Shown here piece after piece: positions 47,996 through 64,000 of a DNA stretch of 64,000 nucleotides. This DNA is from Sminthopsis crassicaudata (lineage: Eukaryota). Positions within the stretch are counted from its first letter, which is position 1; each line of letters begins with the position of its first letter. Location: NCBI RefSeq assembly GCF_048593235.1, contig NC_133620.1:477679886-477743885 (forward strand), written 5' to 3'. Made by a program: the position numbers and the translations under genes. The notes below the pieces were generated by a model that ran no database searches, was not told where the DNA came from, and saw nothing but the letters and a program-made list of their open reading frames with translations.

Positions 47996-48959
47996 ACCCC
48001 CCTCCCCCCTGGGAGCCAGCTGGGCTGAGGAAGCCAGAGCCTCCCTCTCTGGTCCCGCTTAGCCAGGCCGAGGACGAGCCCGACCTTTCCAACCAGGCAA
48101 GGCTAATTCCAGAAATACACCCTCAGCAGGGCTGGGCCATGGGCGCTGGGCGAGAGCCGGGCCGCAGGTGGCGTGCTCGGCTCTGAGTGTTGGGGCCGCA
48201 CGCCAGGCTCTGGGGAGAGTACTGAGGGGGCCAGATCGTGGGCACTGCGTCGGAACTGGACGGACCATGAGTGGGTGCCATGTCTTGGGTACCATTGGCT
48301 GTTGGGATGGGCAGTGAGCGGCTGCCATGTTGTGGGCACTGTGTTGGCTATAACACTAAGTGTTGCACTGGGTGGTGGGTGCCATGTTGGGCACTGGGCT
48401 AAGCACTAAGCAGGTGCCATGTTGTAGGGACCGGGCCAGTCACTGCACAGGTGCCACACGCTGGGTGTCAGGCTGGGCATCGGGCAGGCCCCCGGCCCAT
48501 GGGTAGGCCGAGGGCTAGAGCCAGCATCCGTCTGGGGCGCAGGGCACGGGGCACACTCCGTTTGCAGGATGGAGCCGATCTCCGAAGGGGGGCCTCTGGT
48601 CTGAGTCCGGCTGGGCCTGAAAGGATCCAAGGTCACCCTTCCTGCCCCCAAGGAAGCACAAAGAGGGCCCCAGTGCCTGGGATGAACAGCTCCACACCCG
48701 GAGCACAGACTTGGCTCAGTGGGTAGAACAATCTTACTAAGAGGCAAAATGGGCTGCCTAGAGATAGTGAGCTCCCCATCAGTGGGGGTATTCAAGCAGA
48801 GTCTGGATGTGGGACTCGGTGTGGACGGGGTACTTGGCCAGGGCTGCAGAGTCTGGAGGTGGGACGGGGTACTTGGTCAGGGCTGCCGGCCTGCGGCCAC
48901 GGAGGTCCGGCCTGACTCAGTCTCAGAGTCTTGGGCGAGGGCGGGAGCGAGGAGCTCCT

Positions 48960-49184
48960 GGGGCTCCCGCCCGTCCTCCTCCGCCCCTCTTGCAATGCTG
49001 GGGGGCCGCTTCCTCTTCTCTCCCCGCCTACACCATTTTCTGGGCTCCACTTCCTCTGCACTTGGGCAACACTAAGTCAGCCCTCGGCAGAGCCCTGAAG
49101 CACAGCCCTTCCTCTGGGCCCAGATTGTAGCTGGAGCAGCCCCAGTCCCAGCCAGAGCGCCGCCCCGGGGCAGCCGGAGTCCAG
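48960..49184 (+). promoter_or_regulatory. Putative ITGB2 TATA-less myeloid promoter and non-coding exon 1
   Basis: GC boxes, TTGCAA (48990-48995), two PU.1/GABP-type ETS sites CCGCTTCCTC (about 49006) and CCACTTCCTC (about 49047), then donor CAG|GTAGGG after 49184. Coding exon 2 has an acceptor 3 nt before the ATG, so a non-coding exon 1 is required somewhere upstream. Confidence 0.5.
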
Positions 49185-52100
49185 GTAGGGGGGCCCAGCT
49201 TGGGAGGGGCTCGGAGAGTCCGGGCAGCGCTGCGTCCCCCCTCTGGGCAGCTCCTTCCTCCTGAGCCCGCCAGCAGGGGCCAGGGAGGGGCCTCCAGGAC
49301 GGGCCGGGGAGGGGAGAGGACGAGGGCAGAAGGGCTCTCCCCTCATCCTCAGAGGCCCGATGCGGGCAGCGCAGGGGGTGGAGTGCCAGCTGGGAGGGGG
49401 TGCCCGGCTGCTCCCCCCACATTTTGCCTCCCGGGGCAGCCAAGGGATAACGGGGCTTCCAGGACCTGTGAAGCCTCTGGTGGTCAGCAGGTCCTCCAGC
49501 CTATGCCCTCCTGTTTCCCTGCCCTGGCCCCCCCATTGGGGAGGGAGTCTGAGATCAGCTGGACAGGAGCCCGCCCCTGGAAGCCGGGGGCGGAGAGAGG
49601 GCTCCAGGGCCTTCACATGGGGAAGATCTTGGGACAAACAAGGATTAAGTTGGGCCTGGACTTTGTCTGGGAGAGGGGCGAGCACTGGGTCTCCAGAGAG
49701 CGGGCATCCTGGGGATGGTCTAACCCCCACCTTGGGCTTTACATGTGGAGCAACTGAGGCAGGGAAGCAGTAAGGGGCGGAAGCTGTCACCCTGGGGGAG
49801 CGAGCAGCAGGATCCTGGGCCCCGGGGCCCCCAGCAGCCCCATCCCCGGCTTCTCTGACCGCTGCCTGTCCCCATGGTGGCGATCTCCCATCCAGGGCCC
49901 GCTCTGGGGGGTACAAAGCTGTCAGGGGAGCAGCTATGGGTGGGCTCTGCCTCAGCAAGATCTGCCTCTCCTGCTGCCCCCCCAGCCTCCCAGCTCCAGA
50001 TCCCCAGGATCTCAGAGCTGCCAATAATACGTGCCCCAGTGGGGGTGGGCCCTGAAGGCTGGTGCAGGAAATGACCTCAGAGACCCTCTGTCCGGGCCCA
50101 TCTTCCAGATGGGAAGGCTGAGGCTCGTGCTCGTGGCCCAGAATTCCTCCTCCTGGGTGGCTTCCTGGGCCTCCGGAATCCAGGCTGTGCCTTGGGCTGA
50201 GTTTGCAGCTGCCTCTAGCAGGTGCTGCCCGGGTGAGCCCTGACAACGGCCTTGAGCCTCCAGATCTCAGCGGTTGGCCCCAGGGCCGGCCTCCTGGGCA
50301 GCGATCCCTGTCCCTGAGACCCCGCGGTGCAGGAAGGGACCCCAGGACGAGGGGAGCACTGGCTGTGAGACCTTGCCTGGGCCCCCCTCCTCCCGACTCC
50401 AGGGTAACGACCTCTCCTTCCTGTATTGCTTCAGGCCGGCCGGTCAGCGCAGGCCGGAGGAGGAACTTGTGACTCACCCGGGCAAAGCTGAGCTCCCAGC
50501 GGGCCGCTCTCCCTGCGGTGCACAGCTACGGAGTCACAGGAGGGAGCGGGAGAGGTCCCGAAGCCCGGGCCGGGCCGAGAACCCGAGCTGGCTGCGGGGC
50601 TGAGGCGGCTCCTGGCCCGGGGAGGCCGGAGGCTGAGCCTGGGAACCCGGGGGTGGGGCAGGAGGAGGCCCCGTGGGAAAGGGGAAGCTGGCTGGGCCTT
50701 CGCTGTCTCCTGGGGGGAGAACCAGCCTGGGCCGTCAGCGCCCGGTCACAGGGGCCATGGGGTGGCCCTTCCCCACATCTTATAGAAGAAACCAGCCCAA
50801 ATTTGAGGGCGGGCCTTCAGGCACCTGCCTCCCCCCACCCCCCTCCTTGCGCAGAGCCGCCCACCAAGTCCCGATTGGCCCGGCCTTGCAGACCTGGGCC
50901 AGAGAAGCCCTTGAAGCTCAGGCCTGACTAGCAGCCGGCTCTAGAGTGGCCACGGGAAAGGGGCCGGGGCCGGCCTGTGGCTGCTGGAGGCCCAGAGGTG
51001 CCCGCGACGGCCCAAGCAGATCCCGGCCCAGCGGCCCGGCCTCCACGCCGCCCAGAAACATTGCCCTCATCCCTGGATGGCCTCCGCCCCATCCCCCACA
51101 CAGAGCCTCAGACCAGCTCCCTGAGTGTCCGTGTCCGCCCCAGCCCCCGTCCCAATGACCGCAGGATGGCCATGGCGGACGGGGCTCTGCTGGGCAAATG
51201 TGGGCGTCCTCAGGGAGGGAGCAGGTTTGGGCCCCAGGACCAGGGATGGATTCTGCCCCTCAGTGATGGCAGAGTGCCAAGGGGTGTGGCTCAACATGGC
51301 ATAGCCTGGGCTATGAGGGCCAGGGAGGCAGAGGGGAAGGGAGGCAGAAGGGCAGGGAGGCCGAGCCAGGGAGGCTGAGGGGCAGGGAAGCTCTCCGGCA
51401 GCAAGAACCTGTCCGGCTCGCATCCTCAGCCGCCCAGACGCTGCTGTATCCGTTTCCTTCCTCCCATCTCGAAGGGCCTTTTCTGGGAGAGATGGAAGTC
51501 AGCCAAAGCTGGGGGGACGGGAGGTCGGGGGCCTCCGCCTCCCTGCCCTGCTCCCCGGCCAGACTCCGGCTGAGCTGCCCCCCACTCCTGGGCACGGCCT
51601 TTTAGAAGGGCACCAGCCAGCGGCTGAGCTCCAGGGAAGGGAGGCCGGGTTAGTGAGAAGCCCGGGGGGAGGCTAGAGGAGCCGGGGCCACCCTCGGAAC
51701 CCAGGCAGAGTCTTCCTTGGGGGCGTCAGGCCGGAGTCCTGGGGAATGGAGGAGGAAGAGCAGCCCGGAGGGCAGGAGGCGGCCTGCTGGAGGCCAGGCT
51801 CAGAATGAGGCCGGGATCAGGACCCTGGTGGCGAGCAGGGATTGGTGGGTGGGTCTGCAGCCTCTCTGGGCTGGTCATGCCCTCCGGGGGGCGGGGGGGG
51901 GGGGGACAGCACAGCTTAGCTCTTTCTCTCCTAATTACGGCATAATTCCACATTGCTGGCTGGAGCACGCCCAGTCCACCAACAATGCACCAGGGTGCCC
52001 TTCCCTGGGCACGGACTAAGCCCAAATACCAGCAGCAGCTTGCTGGGCGCAGGTGGATCTTGGGGTGATTAATGGCCGGGAGGCCGCTTGTTCATCCCAT

Positions 52101-53328
52101 GGAGACTGGGAAGAGCCTGAACGTGTGGGTGGTTGAGAGCTGGATTCAAATCCTGCCTCTGACAGAAGGGGCCTCTGGGACTGAGCCGTCAAATGCCAAA
52201 TGCGCCTGCAGGAGCCTGAGACTTCAGAGAGACCTGGGGCCATTGAGTCCCACTAACAGATGACGAAACTGAGGCAAGACTCGTCTAGGGTCACAGATAG
52301 TAAAGTGGCGAGGGGGTCTCGGTGCTGCTCATCTGCCCTAGGGGTCACGTGGGCATTGTGAGACAGGTTGGCATGTGTGCCCGGGTGCACACACGTGCCA
52401 TCAGAAGCCGTGCCCTCCGCTTCCCAGTGCAGTGTCTCATCAGGAATCTGCGGCTGGGTGTCCTCGAGCTCAGGGTGCCCTGCCCGCCTGCCAGGCCACG
52501 CAGGTGCCGCCTGGGCACAGGTACCACGTGGGGGAGGTGCCTTCCAGAAGCCTGGGCGCTGTGTGGCCTGGGCCTGGCCTTCCATTTGTCTCTCTTTGTC
52601 TGCCTGTCTGTGTCTCTCCCTGTCTCTGTCTCTGTGTCTCATAGTAAGGAAGTCTAATTATGGGGGCCCCACACGTGGGGAGCCTCTTGGGAAGCCTGGG
52701 GGGAAGCGCCGAGGCTGCCGCCCTTGGGAGCCCTCATTCCGGCCTTCAGTCCCGAGAGCCGCCAGCGCCCCCATCTCTCCGGTTTGGCCGGGCGGCTCAG
52801 TGACCCCCCCTCCCTCGCGCCGCTCGGGGCTGGCTCTTGGTGTGCGCCCGAGCGGCGGGACCGGGAAAGGGGGTGGCGGGAAAAGCCCTGGCGGCTCGGG
52901 CGGGAGCGCGCCCTTTCCTGGCACAAGGAGCGGGCATGGGCTCAGGCTGCCCCAGGGTCCGCTCCCCCCTCGGCCAGGAAGCGCCTGTTCTGCCCTCTGG
53001 AAGGTCCCTTGGAGGGAGCCCAAGCTGCCTCAGACGGCCTCTCCTCACTTCCCCTTTCCCCGGGTCGGGGTCCTCAGACCCAGCCTGGGTCCTGGGGGGC
53101 CATTTGTCGGCCCCCTCACAAAGCAGAATCATCCATCCTGCACACCGGGATTGAGCCCGCCCCCCCCCAGGGGCTGTAAAATACACTGAGTGATCCCAAG
53201 CTCCCCTTGCCCCCCAGGGGCCTGGCCTCTCCTGTCCCCCCCCCCAATGCCCCTCCCAGCTGGGCTTGCCCAAAGCCGCAGTGGCGGGACCCCCCTCTTA
53301 ACCCTGCTCTCCTCCGGTCTCACAGGTG

Positions 53329-61809
<8,481 letters not shown>

Positions 61810-62495
61810 GGGGCTGCCGGCCCCGCCAGAAAGCTGCAGAGAGCTCCAGACCCCGGGCTGGAACGCGGCGCCCCCCTGCCTCCCGAGCCCCGGCGCTAGC
61901 CTTGACCCTTGCGATTCCGGCCCGTCTCCAGGCCCACCCCGCAGGCCCCGCTCTTGCTAGGATTTTTCCCTCCTTCCCTGAGGACCTGCTCCTGAGCTGG
62001 ACAGTTCTGAAGCTGAGAAAAAAAGCAAACCCGGGCGCGCCTCTGTGCCCGTGCCCTCTGCGTGCCCGCCTCACCAACCAAGGGGGCGCTGCCCTCCACG
62101 CTCCTCCCGCTCGGTCCCTCCAGAGGGGCTCCCCCCCCACCCCGGTTCTGCTCCCGCCACGGAGGGGGATCCAGGCCGCCGGGAGATCGGAAAGCCCTTG
62201 GCAGCGACCGGAAGGCTGGTGGTGCCGACAACGGGGGACGCAGACGGCCGGACCGATGAGTGGGGGGAGGAAGGATGGCAGGGGCGCGCGCTCGCTAGCC
62301 TCCCTGTTGCACAGACTCCCGGGCCGCTCTGTCCCCGGCGGGGATGGGCCCTGGCACCTTTTGCAGGTTGGGCCGGGAACGCCTCGGGCAATGCAGGGGG
62401 GGCCAGGGCCCATCCCCGCCCCAGACAAAGCAGGAACCAGCCAATGTGCGCCGCCCCCATGGACCTCACCGCGCTTGTTTGTGAAAATCACTTTT

Positions 62496-62501
62496 ATTAA
62501 A
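62496..62501 (+). terminator. Probable ITGB2 polyadenylation signal (ATTAAA)
   Basis: ATTAAA in the only AT-rich patch, about 690 nt after the stop codon. Confidence 0.6.
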
Positions 62502-62999
62502 ATGCCCCCAGGTGGATGATCCTCTCGCTTCTTACACGCCCCCCACCTAACCCTAAATGCGAGCCTTAGGGAGCAGAGCTCCGCCCCCTGCGGGAGCCGC
62601 CTGGGCCCCCTTTCCCGCCCAGATGCCCTCTTGCGAGGGGAGGGCCCGTCCCCTCCCTTTTGGCCGGGGGGCGTCCTCCGAATTCAGGGTGAGAGCAGGA
62701 GCCGGCCCTGATATCAGACCGGCTGATGTGGCTTTCTATACAAAAGGTAAACGCTGAGTGAGAAAACCCTGACTCTGGCAGGTCCCTATATGCCAAGAAG
62801 TCACTGCTTATGCTCATCGCTATTGCCACTTAAGCCATGAGGTCACAACCCAGAGCGCTCTCTCTCAGTCCCATAAATCTCCGCCGTGCTCCCACTACAG
62901 TGAGTGCGCCTCCGCTCCGAGCCAGCACCGATCTCTCTCTCAGGCTCCGCCTTCCAATTCTCACTTCGGGATGCTAGGATGATCCGGACGGGCAGCACA

Positions 63000-63845
63000 G
63001 CATGGGCAGTGCACTCATGGGGGAAGCTCAACTGATTGGCACTTCCACTCCCATGGAGCTGATGCTGCGCCGCTCCCGAGGCTGGCCGCCCCTCCCGCCC
63101 GCCGTGGAGGCCCAGCAAGTGCCCCGGGCCGGCCGGCCTCTGGCGCCTCGGCGGAACTCCGGGTTGGCGCAGCAGCTTGGGGGGGGGGGGGGGCAACATG
63201 GACCGAGGAGGCGGGACCCAGCTGTCCTTCCCGCTGCTCTGGGGGGGGGGGGGGCAACACGGACCGAGGAGGCGGGACCCAGCTGTCCTTCCCGCTGCTC
63301 TCCAGCTTCCCCTGGTGGGCGTGAGGGAGGGGAGTGGGGGAGGCCCCCGGGCCTGAGCCACGCGCGCCTCGGCCCCTACCCAGCCCGGGACCCCCGGGAC
63401 CGGCCGGGCCGAGAACGCTCAGCAGAGGACCGCGAGGGCCGCCCCCGCGCCCCCCAGCCCTCCCGGGCCCCAAGCGCCCCAGAGCTGAACAGGCCGGCGG
63501 GGGCTCGGGAGGCCCCCGGAAGTAGGGAGACGAGGGGGCGAGGAAGGGGCTCGCGCCAGGTCCCAGGAGGATCTTCAGTCTCCCCCTAGCACTACAGGCT
63601 CGGGGAGAGGGGAGAGTAAACATGGCGCTCCGCCCCTTCCCCCTCCCCCAGGGCCGGGCTGGCTGTCGCGCCTGCGTGGTGACGCCACCCAGGCTCCAGC
63701 CCCGCCCCCGGCCCCGCCCCGCGCCTGCCCAGTCACGAGCTCAGAAAGGGGTGACCCGCTCCGCGTCCGCCGGTGCTCCGTCTCCGTCCCCAGGGGTGCT
63801 CCGCGTCCGCGTCCGTGAGCGGCTGGGGCCGCGGAGCGTCTGCTC
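63000..63845 (+). promoter_or_regulatory. PTTG1IP CpG-island promoter
   Basis: CCGGAAGT (about 63517), YY1-like AAACATGGCG (about 63619), GTGACGCCA and CCCCGCCCC boxes; dense CpG. Confidence 0.7.
63179..63301. repeat. 61-bp tandem duplication starting with a G-run
   Basis: G(n)CAACA(T/C)GGACCGAGGAGGCGGGACCCAGCTGTCCTTCCCGCTGCTCT occurs twice. Confidence 0.9.
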
Positions 63846-63957
63846 ATGGAGCCCCGGGGCCCGGCTCGGGCCGTGCTGCTCGGGCCGTTGCTGCTGCTGC
63901 TGCCGCTCCTCCTGCCTCCGTCCGGGCCGGCCGCGTCCGCCCAGAGCGCGGCCGCTG
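63846..63957 (+). CDS. PTTG1IP: First coding exon of PTTG1-interacting protein (PBF); partial, gene continues beyond the window
   Basis: ATG at 63846 encodes MEPRGPARAVLLGPLLLLLPLLLPPSGPAASAQSAAA (signal-peptide-like) and ends at a phase-1 donor G|GTGAGA. It lies in a CpG island directly downstream of ITGB2 in the same orientation, as in the known mammalian order. The name comes from synteny plus exon architecture. Confidence 0.7.
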
Positions 63958-64000
63958 GTGAGAGAGCGGAGCGGGGGGAGAGTCGAGGGCGAGGAGGGAG

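Noticed and set aside
49077-50477. 466-aa minus-strand ORF antisense to ITGB2 intron 1
   Set aside because: Low-complexity translation containing MIR remnants; consistent with a GC-driven spurious ORF.

Overview
Very GC-rich (roughly two-thirds G+C by eye) vertebrate genomic DNA. It is most likely from an Australian (dasyurid-type) marsupial, judged from two WSINE1-like CORE-SINEs and marsupial-type L1 3' ends. The window matches the conserved block ADARB1(-) / SLX9=FAM207A(-) / ITGB2(+) / PTTG1IP(+). SLX9 (6 coding exons, 226 aa) and ITGB2 (15 coding exons, 770 aa) were reconstructed completely from splice sites and reading phases. Only the GC-rich first exons of ADARB1 (non-coding, assigned by synteny) and PTTG1IP (signal peptide) fall in the window. 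The rest is CpG islands, many minisatellites, L1/L2/MIR/SINE remnants and four N gaps. There is no prokaryotic-type system such as CRISPR, and nearly all long ORFs in the supplied track are GC or repeat artefacts. I found no clearly new biological system. The best leads are a tandemly triplicated CCAAT/GC-box promoter module at ADARB1, a GC-AG intron in ITGB2, an L1+SINE copy that appears to record GC-biased gene conversion, an AP-1/AP-1/CRE cluster, an E-box minisatellite, and splice signals for a possible divergent transcript.
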